This document shows positions 42,915 to 52,092 of a DNA stretch of 64,000 nt, in pieces (within the stretch, counting starts at the first letter, position 1; every line of letters starts with the position of its first letter). Location: assembly GCA_964612825.1 (NCBI GenBank), contig CAZTCW010000033.1, positions 69,638 to 133,637 on the forward strand, in the 5' to 3' direction. A program made the position numbers and the translations under genes. The notes below the pieces were generated by a model, which worked only from the letters and a program-made list of their open reading frames with translations, did no database searches and was not told where the DNA came from. The DNA is from an uncultured Dehalococcoidia bacterium. GTDB taxonomy: Bacteria > Chloroflexota > Dehalococcoidia > Lucifugimonadales > UBA1127.

Positions 42915-45900
42915 CTAAGCGGTCAAATTCTTATACAGTTCCGGCAATCTCTGTGGCAAGGAGCTGATTTCCGCCAAAACTTCATAGCCCATGTCCCCAC
43001 ACATTGCTTTTAGATAGTCATGGCCTGCCCGATCGACTGTGAGGCAAAACGGCGTAATGCCATATCTACGAGACTCTACAAGGGCCATATGAGTATCCTG
43101 GATAGCATATTCCTTCTCCACACCCTCCCTACTGTAACCTCGGTCTTGTGGTCGACCATCACTGATGAGGAACAAAAATTTTGTTTTTGCCTCTACTTGA
43201 AGAAGTTGCGAAGTTGCGTGCCTAATAGCCGGGCCCATTCTGGTAGCATGTAGCGGGTTAATTTTGTCGATCCGTTTGCGAACGCCTTCTGAGAGAACTT
43301 CCTGTAACGATTTTATTATGTAAAACTCTACATTTTCGCGGCCATAGCCTGAGAACCCATAAATTCCATACTGGTCCCCAAGGGTTTCCAAGGCTTGAAT
43401 CAGGAGTACTATACTCTCCTTTTCGAGGTCAATTATGCGCTTGTAACTTCTTTTGGAAGCTTCCAGCCTTCGAGTCCGTAGCCACAGCATATATTCCACT
43501 GGGTCCGAAGGGGCGTCCCATTCATCTCGACGAGATTCATCAATAGCCTCAGCGGTCGAGGCGCTCATATCCAATAATAGGAGAACAGCCACGTCACGTT
43601 GTATTTTGTTTCGACGCCAATAGACTTTTTCCGAAGGGGATCCGCCGATCCGTTTGTCAATCATCGCGTTAATAACAGCGTCTAGATCTAAATCTTCACC
43701 ATCGGGCAACGGCCGTATCTTGCGGAACGTTTCAGGCATTACCATTTCAAATTGTCTTTTTAACTTGTCCACCAAATCGACGTTTTCCCGTAACGTTTGA
43801 TACCAAAATCTTAGATCTCCCTCAACCATTGGTTTGTCTCTGACGATGCACCATCGTGGCTTATAATCATTAGCCCGAAAATCCCATTCAGGGTATGCAT
43901 ATGTATTGGGTTCTACCACCTCAAGTGGGCCTCCCTCTTCGTCAACATGCACAAAGGGTCCCTGTCCCATAGTCTGGGGCGGAGGGGGTGCTTTCATTCC
44001 CGCGGAATTCATTATCTTATTCGTTAGGGTCCCCAATGATTGAGAAACTGTTTCTTTAGATTGATCCGTTTCTAATTCAGGACTTTCTTCCAACATTTTT
44101 GACAAAGCTTCTTGGGTAAGAGGCGAAACCTCTGATTCCTCATCTTGTTGTGTGTTTCTTAATCGATTCAGTAATTGGACAAGCCCGGGCTTGAAATCAC
44201 CTCGAAATTCAACCATTTCAGGAGAGTTATAGGGTAAAGAATCACTGTCGTCGTTAGCGGGAACTCCCTCACGGATTTCTTGGAGGCGGGATTCCAATAT
44301 TTCTTTATAATCATACCCATCCTCTAATTCACCCCCCTGAAACTCTGATGGGTCGATTTCTTCCCATTCCTGTTCAGCCGTGGATTCATTGGGGATTTGA
44401 ATAATAATCGCGTAAATTCTGAGGGTAGCTTCGGCTACATCCTCAACACTTGTATGGTTTGAAAATATTCTAGTGGCAATTTCCCCAATTTTTTTGGCTT
44501 CATCAACATAATTAGCGGGAACCTGAAGTGTCTCCATGCGGGAAAGGCTTAACCTAACCAAAAATTCGACCATCGCTTCTCTCGCCGGAAAGCTCATAAG
44601 GGGTTCACGTTCATTTAAAGAGTCACTTTGAACCTGACGATAATATCTCCGGATTCCAGCGTATTCGCTAACAACTAATGCATCTAGTCTCCCATCTTCT
44701 AATACGGTGAAAATGTCCAAAGCTAATTTCCCATCATCAAACAACGCGAATAAACGGTGCATGTCGGTGATCCAAACATCCTCGCTAGAATCGCCATCTG
44801 AGCCGTGACGAGAGGGAACCATTACTGGTCTCAGGTCGTCAAACACTGTGGAAGGGGTTTCATAAGAGAATTCAAAACTACCGTATTCTAAATGAGCAAC
44901 CTGATGAGTCGAAACAACTTTGAAAAGCCCAAAGTTTTCATCTTTTGTTTCATAACGGTCCACTTTTGGAGGCAAATAAACTGTGCTTCCTTCAGTAGTG
45001 GGATGCTCAGCAGAGACCCATCCTATTCCCTTTTGAACTAATTCCTGGGTCGAAGCGACTTCCATTTTCGAGCCAGCCAAAGCCCTACAATACATCCGTA
45101 ATACGTCTTTTATTCTAGGAAGTTCAACAATGGCTGAAAGATCGATCATAAACTCCTCTGCCCTAAAGGATTCAAGGCGGAAATAGGCTAAACCTCCTTC
45201 CCGGTTTTCCCTCAGGATCCGTGCGCCTTCAGCGAACCACAATTCCAATTGCTGAGGACTAATTCTACTGAGAACAGCCGGAGCGCTTTTCAAAAACTCT
45301 GGTAGAGCGGCAGGGTGAATAATGAGCAATGCCTCTCCCAGTGTCAAAATCAATCCATGCAGCTGACTTTGAACTTGATTGAGAGAGCGAGACCCATCAG
45401 ATAGAAATGTTGGGATCCCCCTGTATCCTGTACGCATCAACCTTTCTGCTAAATCTATAAAACGTCCTTTTTGACTGTGTTCAATCCTCGGAATGGCATT
45501 AGCTCCCGAATCAAAACAGACCTTGACGTCCCGCCAATTTTCATCGGCTACAGAATTTAAAAGGGAGAGCAGACTTTCCCTTCCTTCAACAAGATTCGGC
45601 AATATCTCTTGGGAAGAAGACAAACACTCGCTAGAAAATTCCACTGAATGCTTGGCTAAACCATCAATTAAATTAGCGAGCCTTTCTAGTTCGGAAAAAC
45701 TGATGCTACGCAATAAAGTTCCAGAAGCCTTGAAAAAGTCTGAAGCAAGCGTACTTGATTTCCGAGTCCCTCCGTACACCTTGTGACCCAATTGAGCCCA
45801 CCCGGGAATCTGCCTGGGATCAAGGTGTTGAATAACATCATAACTAATCTGGAAATAAGCTAGACAGAGAATTGGGTCGTCATCACATAGTGCTTCCCCA

Positions 45901-46163
45901 GAACGAGCCCAACTGTTCATATTAACGATATTTAGCTTTGAAGCTATTTTTGGACTCACCTTATAATATTCACTGGCTGGCTCCCAACATTCGTTCCCCT
46001 TTGAAGCAATAGCTAATCCATGTTGAGCCCATGTCAACAAGTCATGAGAGGAGGCAACTTGCTGCATAGCGTAAAGAGCCTGACGATAGTTAGAGAATAA
46101 TTCTTCCGGAAATTGCCCAAGGTCTTCTTCTAATTTTTTAAATGCAGCCAACGTAATTTCCAC
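42915..46163 (-). CDS. CbbO/NorD-like protein with a C-terminal vWA domain (1082 aa)
   Basis: The last ~225 aa form a vWA domain with MIDAS LLLLDMSAST ... SGYG ... LISDGRPQD. Upstream lie the YPEWDFRANDYKPRWCIV and HQVAHLEYGSF blocks that I associate with CbbO/NorD. The GTG start shares one base with the upstream TAG. Confidence 0.8.
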   Translation of the reverse strand: MEITLAAFKKLEEDLGQFPEELFSNYRQALYAMQQVASSHDLLTWAQHGLAIASKGNECWEPASEYYKVSPKIASKLNIVNMNSWARSGEALCDDDPILCLAYFQISYDVIQHLDPRQIPGWAQLGHKVYGGTRKSSTLASDFFKASGTLLRSISFSELERLANLIDGLAKHSVEFSSECLSSSQEILPNLVEGRESLLSLLNSVADENWRDVKVCFDSGANAIPRIEHSQKGRFIDLAERLMRTGYRGIPTFLSDGSRSLNQVQSQLHGLILTLGEALLIIHPAALPEFLKSAPAVLSRISPQQLELWFAEGARILRENREGGLAYFRLESFRAEEFMIDLSAIVELPRIKDVLRMYCRALAGSKMEVASTQELVQKGIGWVSAEHPTTEGSTVYLPPKVDRYETKDENFGLFKVVSTHQVAHLEYGSFEFSYETPSTVFDDLRPVMVPSRHGSDGDSSEDVWITDMHRLFALFDDGKLALDIFTVLEDGRLDALVVSEYAGIRRYYRQVQSDSLNEREPLMSFPAREAMVEFLVRLSLSRMETLQVPANYVDEAKKIGEIATRIFSNHTSVEDVAEATLRIYAIIIQIPNESTAEQEWEEIDPSEFQGGELEDGYDYKEILESRLQEIREGVPANDDSDSLPYNSPEMVEFRGDFKPGLVQLLNRLRNTQQDEESEVSPLTQEALSKMLEESPELETDQSKETVSQSLGTLTNKIMNSAGMKAPPPPQTMGQGPFVHVDEEGGPLEVVEPNTYAYPEWDFRANDYKPRWCIVRDKPMVEGDLRFWYQTLRENVDLVDKLKRQFEMVMPETFRKIRPLPDGEDLDLDAVINAMIDKRIGGSPSEKVYWRRNKIQRDVAVLLLLDMSASTAEAIDESRRDEWDAPSDPVEYMLWLRTRRLEASKRSYKRIIDLEKESIVLLIQALETLGDQYGIYGFSGYGRENVEFYIIKSLQEVLSEGVRKRIDKINPLHATRMGPAIRHATSQLLQVEAKTKFLFLISDGRPQDRGYSREGVEKEYAIQDTHMALVESRRYGITPFCLTVDRAGHDYLKAMCGDMGYEVLAEISSLPQRLPELYKNLTA

Positions 46164-46750
46164 TAATCCTCCTGAACAAAAGCTTTTTGAAAGGCTTCTA
46201 GGATTTGGGTTAAAATTCTGGCGGTTGCTCCTACAATTTTATGGCCGTTAACTGAATACGCCACATTAGAATTGTGGTCCGTTGATACTCTAGAGAGATC
46301 TTCCCATTGGTTTAATGGATTCAGAAGGTGAGAAACAGAGGCTTCAAAAACCTCGGCTATTTCATCACTGTTCACTGAACATGAATATGGGTAGGAAACC
46401 AAGCCCACATAAGGATATATCACAAACCTAGTACTAGTGATCACAGGCTTCAACCGACCTAACGAAGCAACTTGGGACTCATCAATTCCCATTTCTTCTC
46501 GAGTTTCCCTTAAGGCAGTGGCCCAAGGACTTAGATCCTCGGGATCCTGACCCCCACCAGGGAAACAGACTTCACCTTTGTGATATTCAACTTTTTCCGT
46601 TCTTTTATTCAGAACAATAAAATATTCTCCATCTCTAAGGAAGATTAACACCAGAACGGCCGCAGGAACAAGGTCGACATACCTAGCATGAGAATTCGGA
46701 GAATCAGCCAAAAGATTCCGAAATATCTCTAGAGTATTATTCCGAACCAT
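46163..46750 (-). CDS. NUDIX hydrolase, CoA pyrophosphatase-like
   Basis: Nudix box GGGQDPEDLSPWATALRETREEMGI, preceded by LNKRTEKVEYHKGEVCFPGG. The C-terminal IVGATARIL is also typical of CoA pyrophosphatases. Confidence 0.78.
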   Translation of the reverse strand: MVRNNTLEIFRNLLADSPNSHARYVDLVPAAVLVLIFLRDGEYFIVLNKRTEKVEYHKGEVCFPGGGQDPEDLSPWATALRETREEMGIDESQVASLGRLKPVITSTRFVIYPYVGLVSYPYSCSVNSDEIAEVFEASVSHLLNPLNQWEDLSRVSTDHNSNVAYSVNGHKIVGATARILTQILEAFQKAFVQED

Positions 46751-46767
46751 GAAGGCTCCTAATTACG

Positions 46768-47652
46768 TTATTCAAAAATGGATGTAACAACTTCTTCAAT
46801 ACTTCGTTGAACCTGATAATCATCAATTACACCCCAAACGATCGCTGATTGGCATGCAACCCGAGGACTTATTCCCTGAACAATCAACTTTGCAGCATAG
46901 ATGAGTAGGCGAGTACTAGCACCTTCTTGCAATCCATGTTCTTTCAAATTTCTAACTTTCTCCCCAAGTTTAGCTAATTGCCAAGCCATATCAGCATCGA
47001 TCCCCGATTCATGGCTGACGATTTTGGCCTCGATTTCAGGTTGTGGATACGTAAAATCAATAGCGATAAATCGCTGCCTAGTCGAATGCTTAAGGTCCTT
47101 AAGGGCGCTTTGATAGCCCGGATTATAAGAAAGAACCAACAAAAATCCTTCGTGGGCATCAATCAGAGATCCTCGTTTTTCTACCGGAAGGATTCTTCGA
47201 TGGTCCGTCAAAGGGTGGATTAGCACGGTAGTGTCTTTTCGAGCTTCCACGATTTCATCTAGATAACAAATTCCACCGGACTTTACCGCCCGAGTTAGTG
47301 GGCCGTCTATCCAATGTGTCCCTTCTGCATCTATAAGATAACGACCAACTAAATCACTTCCAGTAAGATCTTCATGGCAAGCGACAGTGACTAAAGGGAT
47401 TTGATGGATTTCCACATTTTTCGAGCCTTTCCTGCCTTTTCCCTTTGGCTGGCTGAGACGATAGGCCATATATTCAACAAAACGTGTTTTCCCACACCCT
47501 GTAGGGCCTTTCAATAAAACTGGAATTTTTTGAATATAGGCTGCCTCAAAGAGCTCAATCTCATTTGCCTGGGGAATATAGAATGGCTCCTCAGTGACGT
47601 GAAAATCTTCAATTTGCAATTCACCGTAATACTGTTGTTGTTCCCTGGCCAT
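46768..47652 (-). CDS. CbbQ/NirQ/NorQ/GvpN family MoxR-class AAA+ ATPase
   Basis: Walker [14 protein letters not shown] and Walker [11 protein letters not shown]. The ~290-aa single-AAA architecture has a CbbQ-like C-terminus. Confidence 0.9.
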   Translation of the reverse strand: MAREQQQYYGELQIEDFHVTEEPFYIPQANEIELFEAAYIQKIPVLLKGPTGCGKTRFVEYMAYRLSQPKGKGRKGSKNVEIHQIPLVTVACHEDLTGSDLVGRYLIDAEGTHWIDGPLTRAVKSGGICYLDEIVEARKDTTVLIHPLTDHRRILPVEKRGSLIDAHEGFLLVLSYNPGYQSALKDLKHSTRQRFIAIDFTYPQPEIEAKIVSHESGIDADMAWQLAKLGEKVRNLKEHGLQEGASTRLLIYAAKLIVQGISPRVACQSAIVWGVIDDYQVQRSIEEVVTSIFE

Positions 47653-47658
47653 GGCGTT

Positions 47659-48267
47659 TTAACCTCGCTTTTTAATTTCAATTCTGGATTTCCAGAGTGT
47701 CTCTATTTGATTTGAAAGGTCATTCAGGTCTCCTGAATTTTCAATAACCACTTCGGCACGATTGATTCGGTTCGCTTCTGGAAGTTGGGAGTTGATTCTA
47801 GCCTTTATATCATCAAGTGAAAAATTGTTTCTCTTTTCTAGGCGACTGACCACATGGGGTTCAGGTGCCGTTGTTACCCAAATCTCATCGACTAAGGAAT
47901 CCCAGCCTGCTTCAATTAATATAGCTGCTTCCAGAACGACAACTTTCTGTCGAGCTTTTCGGTATTCAACAATGAGATTTCGAGCCATATCAGCAATCCA
48001 TGGCTGCATAATTGAATTTAGTATGGCTAAAGCAGATGGGTCGCTGAAAACGATCGCCCCTAGTTTCTTGCGGTCCACCTCATTGTTTTCCCCAAGGATA
48101 TCAGTCCCAAATTTTTCAGTAACCATTCGCCAAGGGTGACTATGAGGCTGGTAAGCAAGATGCCCTAATTTATCGGCCTCTATCAGTTTAGCGCCGAGCT
48201 CTTGGAGCTTTTTGGCAACCTCAGTCTTCCCAGTTCCGATACCACCTGTGAGGCCGATTACAAGCAT
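47659..48267 (-). CDS. coaE: Dephospho-CoA kinase
   Basis: VIGLTGGIGTGKTEVA P-loop and CoaE-like sequence over the whole ~200 aa. Confidence 0.92.
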   Translation of the reverse strand: MLVIGLTGGIGTGKTEVAKKLQELGAKLIEADKLGHLAYQPHSHPWRMVTEKFGTDILGENNEVDRKKLGAIVFSDPSALAILNSIMQPWIADMARNLIVEYRKARQKVVVLEAAILIEAGWDSLVDEIWVTTAPEPHVVSRLEKRNNFSLDDIKARINSQLPEANRINRAEVVIENSGDLNDLSNQIETLWKSRIEIKKRG

Positions 48268-48448
48268 ATTTTCTCCTAGTTGCGGCGACAGGTAAGCCCA
48301 ACTTTACCTCGCATAACCACGGACGGTCAAGGGCTCAAAGTCGTTGGAACACTGGATTTGTTTAGTAATCCAAGAAGCAACGTAAGTAAACTGAAGTTAC
48401 AAAGATCTGAATATTACCTGCAAAAATTTTGATCAATTCAATTGCCAT

Positions 48449-48476
48449 TTGGAATCAAGTTCATATTTGGTATAAT
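48449..48476 (+). promoter_or_regulatory. Putative trxA promoter with an extended -10
   Basis: TTGGAA at 48449-48454, a 16-nt spacer, and TGgTATAAT with TATAAT at 48471-48476. Confidence 0.5.
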
Positions 48477-48532
48477 CCTTATGAAGAATTTCTCGGATCT
48501 TCTGAGCAACCGAACACGAGGGAGGCGTAACA

Positions 48533-48859
48533 ATGGGAAAACCAATAGAAGTCACAGATGAAAAATTTGAAGGGGATGTAATCGGATCAGATCTTCCTGT
48601 TCTTGTAGACTTCTGGGCGGAATGGTGCCAACCATGCCAGATGATTGCTCCAATTGTCGAGGAGTTAGCGGAGGAATATGATGGGAAAATCAATTTTAAG
48701 AAAATTGATATAGATTCTAACCCATTAACTCCCCAAGCCTATGGAATCCGGGGAATACCCGCACTCCTCATCTTCCAAAATGGTCAAGTAATCGACCAAA
48801 TCATTGGAGCACAACCAAAAGCGGTTTTAAAAAATCGGATAGACTCAGTCCTACCCTAA
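48533..48859 (+). CDS. trxA: Thioredoxin (active site WCQPC)
   Basis: DFWAEWCQPCQMIAP ... YGIRGIPALLIF. GAGGGAGG lies upstream of the ATG. Confidence 0.93.
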   Translation: MGKPIEVTDEKFEGDVIGSDLPVLVDFWAEWCQPCQMIAPIVEELAEEYDGKINFKKIDIDSNPLTPQAYGIRGIPALLIFQNGQVIDQIIGAQPKAVLKNRIDSVLP

Positions 48860-48875
48860 AAACTGGTAAGTGCGT

Positions 48876-48970
48876 GGGGGTGGATGGGGCCCGGTGGCTC
48901 TTACGGACTTCAAATCCGTCGTGCCTCGTAGCCCGGGGCAGGTGGGTTCGACTCCCTCCCACTCCCGCCA
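48876..48970 (+). tRNA. selC: tRNA-Sec (selenocysteine tRNA, anticodon UCA)
   Basis: 95 nt, read directly from the sequence. Acceptor stem: 8 bp, GGGGGTGG/CCACTCCC with one G-U pair. D arm: 6-bp stem with a 4-nt loop. Anticodon arm: ACGGA/TCCGT stem with loop CTTCAAA. Variable arm: 7-bp stem TGCCTCG/CGGGGCA. T arm: TTCGACT loop, with one U-U mismatch in the stem. The 3' end is G-CCA. The GGACTTCAAATCC core matches E. coli selC. Confidence 0.85.
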
Positions 48971-49083
48971 AACTTACAAAGTTAGACTTCTTGGAGAACG
49001 TCCTTCCAAGTCACAGCGCAAAACCGTCCACGGCTGATATAAACTGGTAATAGGGCATTAATCCCAACGCTATAGGCACCCGT

Positions 49084-50739
49084 ATGATCATATCGAGATT
49101 CGACCAGGAAATCACTTCTGAAGACTCTCCGAACTCAGAGACCGATTGGGCCAATCGGCGTTCCTTCATAATCAGGATTGCTGCAGCAACCCTATCCACG
49201 AGTGGGTTTTTGGCATTTTTGGCGTCTTGTACGGGAGATGATACAGATACAATCCCAACGGAGCGTGTCCCCAAACCATCAATCCCAAATCCAATAACTG
49301 AACTACGCCAAATCCCCACCCCGGCACTACCGTTCCCCCAACAAAACATTCATAAAGATGGAGACCCAGAGCCTAACCTTCCCACCCAACCAATTGAAAA
49401 AAGATCCTTCAACATTGGAAAAATAAATGAAGGGGCCCAGATAAATCACCTCCTCCGCAGAGCTGGCTTTGGAATAAGGCCATCCGAGTTGGTCCATTAT
49501 CGGCAAATTGGCCTGGAAAAAACACTTGATCATCTCGTTAATTTTGAGACTGTTGACAATGCCGAATTAAACTCAAGGTTAAATAATTGGAACCTTAAAC
49601 CATCGGAGCGACAGAAAGATTTACGCCGATGGTGGATATTAAGAATGGCGTACACCAACCGCCCTCTTGAAGAAAAATTGGTTCTATTTTGGCACGGGTT
49701 ACTAACCAGCGGAATTTCAACCAGCGATCCTTTGTCCATGTATCAACAGAACGAACTTTTTAGAACTAAAGGCTACGATTCATATACCCATCTTCTAAAA
49801 GCGATTTCAAAAGACCCAGCAATGCTGTCGTGGCTTGACAGCCGAAAAAACAAAAAAGCCGCACCAAACGAAAATTTTTCCCGAGAACTAATGGAATTAT
49901 TCACCATGGGAGAAGGAACGTTCGGGGAGAGCGACGTTAAAGAAGCGGCCAGAGCCTTCACTGGCTATTTTCTTGTTAATGGGAAATTCGTCTTCAATGA
50001 TGCCCACCACGATTTTGGCCCTAAAAACTTTCTATCCCAATCTGGCTATTTTTCTGGCGATCAAATAATTAATGTGATATTCCAACAGACTGAAACAGCT
50101 GAATATATCTCCAAAAAGTTATTCACATTTTTTGTTCACAATTCCCCTACTATCCAAACAATCGAAAAACTTTCAGCGATCCTACGCGCAAATAATTACA
50201 ATATAAAAACTTTGATGGAAAACCTTTTGAGTTCTGAAGAATTCTACTCCCCGAGGGCCTATCGTTCTAAGATAAAAAGCCCGGCTGAATTTACTATAGG
50301 ATTGATCCGGAACACAGGAGCGGAAACAGATGGACGGAAAATTGCTAATCTGATGAGCGAAATGGGACAGACATTGTTTGAACCACCTGATGTAGCGGGG
50401 TGGCCCGATGGAATTACATGGATTTCAAGCAACACAATGATTCAGCGATTGAATTACGTCCATTCAATCACTCTTTCCAACCTAAAAGGAACCCATTTTA
50501 ACCCACACACCTCGATCGTCCCCACGCACCCAAACTCCCCTGATGGTTTCCTAAAAGGGTGCCTAGAGACAATGTTAGACGGCAACATTAACCCGTCATC
50601 ACGGGAAATATTGATGACCCAGTTACGAACCTTAGAAAACCTAACCGATCAATCAGGGGAGAAAGTTTTCTCTAACGAAGAAATAATGCGTCAACTAGCG
50701 TTTTTTGTCCTTGCGTCTCCAGAATTCCAATTAAATTGA
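49084..50739 (+). CDS. DUF1800 family protein with a Tat/lipoprotein-like signal
   Basis: The N-terminus has RRSFIIRIAAATLSTSGFLAFLASC. Its size and its pairing with a downstream DUF1501 gene are characteristic. Confidence 0.75.
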   Translation: MIISRFDQEITSEDSPNSETDWANRRSFIIRIAAATLSTSGFLAFLASCTGDDTDTIPTERVPKPSIPNPITELRQIPTPALPFPQQNIHKDGDPEPNLPTQPIEKRSFNIGKINEGAQINHLLRRAGFGIRPSELVHYRQIGLEKTLDHLVNFETVDNAELNSRLNNWNLKPSERQKDLRRWWILRMAYTNRPLEEKLVLFWHGLLTSGISTSDPLSMYQQNELFRTKGYDSYTHLLKAISKDPAMLSWLDSRKNKKAAPNENFSRELMELFTMGEGTFGESDVKEAARAFTGYFLVNGKFVFNDAHHDFGPKNFLSQSGYFSGDQIINVIFQQTETAEYISKKLFTFFVHNSPTIQTIEKLSAILRANNYNIKTLMENLLSSEEFYSPRAYRSKIKSPAEFTIGLIRNTGAETDGRKIANLMSEMGQTLFEPPDVAGWPDGITWISSNTMIQRLNYVHSITLSNLKGTHFNPHTSIVPTHPNSPDGFLKGCLETMLDGNINPSSREILMTQLRTLENLTDQSGEKVFSNEEIMRQLAFFVLASPEFQLN

Positions 50740-50754
50740 GGTGCCTCCCTTCAA

Positions 50755-52017
50755 ATGCTTACGAGAAGACAGGTAATAAAAACTGGCATCTCATGTACTG
50801 TTGCTGGAGTTATGGCAAACATAGGACTAGTAGATTCTATATTCGCCGCTGGGATCGGGGATTCCATCCCAAACGGAAACTTGAGTAACCGAAGCCTAAT
50901 CGTGATTCAACTGAAGGGAGGTAACGATGGATTAAACACAGTGGTACCTTATGGTGATGGACGTTATTATGATGCGAGACCCAAACTGGCGATACCGGAG
51001 GAAAATGTTTTACCCTTGACGAGCGAATTTGGATTACACCCCTCTTTTGAGGAAATAAAATCCCTTTGGGACCAAGGGCACGTAGCAATAGTCCAAGGAG
51101 TGGGATACCCCAACCAAAGTTTCTCCCATTTTCAATCCCAACATATCTGGAAAACCGCCGACCCTTTTTCCCAAAAGAGCGACGGGGGTGACGGATGGTT
51201 AGGCAGGCAAATAACCAACCTCTCGGCGGAAGGCTTCAATTGGTTTAAAGGAATAAGTTTGGGTAAAACATATCCAATTTCACCGATGGCCACGCAAGAA
51301 CTGTCTTTACCCGCGATAAGGAGCCTCAAAAGTTATCAACTCGCGGGGCAGTCGGAGAGGTTCAAATACTCAAATTTTGATTTGGACATTTTAAAAAGTT
51401 TATACGAGCAATCCAATGACATTGACCCGCACACCCCCCATCTAAATGCTACATTAAAAGGGGCATTGTCAACCTCAGTTACCCTTAATCATTCTTACAA
51501 TAATTATTCCCCTCTCGTAAACTATCCACTAGGGAATTTTGGGGAGGAATTAAAATTGTTAGCATCGATTATCACTCAAAATTTAGGAGTCCAAGTCGCT
51601 CATCTTACTATAAAAGGGTTCGACACACACGCTGACGAGCCTACTCGACATTCCGTACTTCTTAAGGAACTCTCTGAAGGTATCGGTGCATTTTACGAAG
51701 ACCTATGCCGACATGAATTAGACCGCGAGGTTATTATCATGACTTGGTCCGAATTTGGACGCCGAGTAGCGATGAACGGAAGTTATGGGACAGATCATGG
51801 TTCTGCCGGTCCCTTATTTATGATTGGAACATCAATCCAAGGCGGTTTATACGGAGACCATCCAAATTTGGGCGATCTTGAGAAAGGTAATTTGAGGTTT
51901 ACAACAGATTTTAGATCCATTTACAGGACTGTTCTCGAAGACTGGTTCGGTAATTCCGATGAAATTATTATCCACCAACCAAAATTCGAACGCATTCCAA
52001 TGTTTACGGCCAAATAG
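50755..52017 (+). CDS. DUF1501 family protein (sulfatase/alkaline phosphatase-like fold) with a Tat signal
   Basis: MLTRRQVIKTGISCTVAGVMA twin-arginine signal, plus GFDTHA and GTDHGSAGP blocks. Confidence 0.82.
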   Translation: MLTRRQVIKTGISCTVAGVMANIGLVDSIFAAGIGDSIPNGNLSNRSLIVIQLKGGNDGLNTVVPYGDGRYYDARPKLAIPEENVLPLTSEFGLHPSFEEIKSLWDQGHVAIVQGVGYPNQSFSHFQSQHIWKTADPFSQKSDGGDGWLGRQITNLSAEGFNWFKGISLGKTYPISPMATQELSLPAIRSLKSYQLAGQSERFKYSNFDLDILKSLYEQSNDIDPHTPHLNATLKGALSTSVTLNHSYNNYSPLVNYPLGNFGEELKLLASIITQNLGVQVAHLTIKGFDTHADEPTRHSVLLKELSEGIGAFYEDLCRHELDREVIIMTWSEFGRRVAMNGSYGTDHGSAGPLFMIGTSIQGGLYGDHPNLGDLEKGNLRFTTDFRSIYRTVLEDWFGNSDEIIIHQPKFERIPMFTAK

Positions 52018-52092
52018 TAGTACCCAGTTTATATTGGAGTAATAGGTGATTGCCATCTCAGACGCACGATTTCTCGTTATCAAGGAGACTCA

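Noticed and set aside
48433-48693. An 86-aa minus-strand ORF overlapping trxA, and the 112-aa minus-strand ORF at 49011..49349.
   Set aside because: Both are antisense to well-supported genes (trxA, DUF1800) or lie in a promoter region. Both have low-complexity, unrecognisable sequence.
50737-50757. DUF1800 ends in TGA, and the DUF1501 ORF continues in the same frame 15 nt later, right next to selC. This could be a Sec-containing fusion protein.
   Set aside because: DUF1501 begins with its own twin-arginine signal peptide (MLTRRQVIKTG), preceded by GAGGTG. I see no SECIS-like hairpin directly after the TGA. A shared frame has a one-in-three chance of occurring by coincidence.
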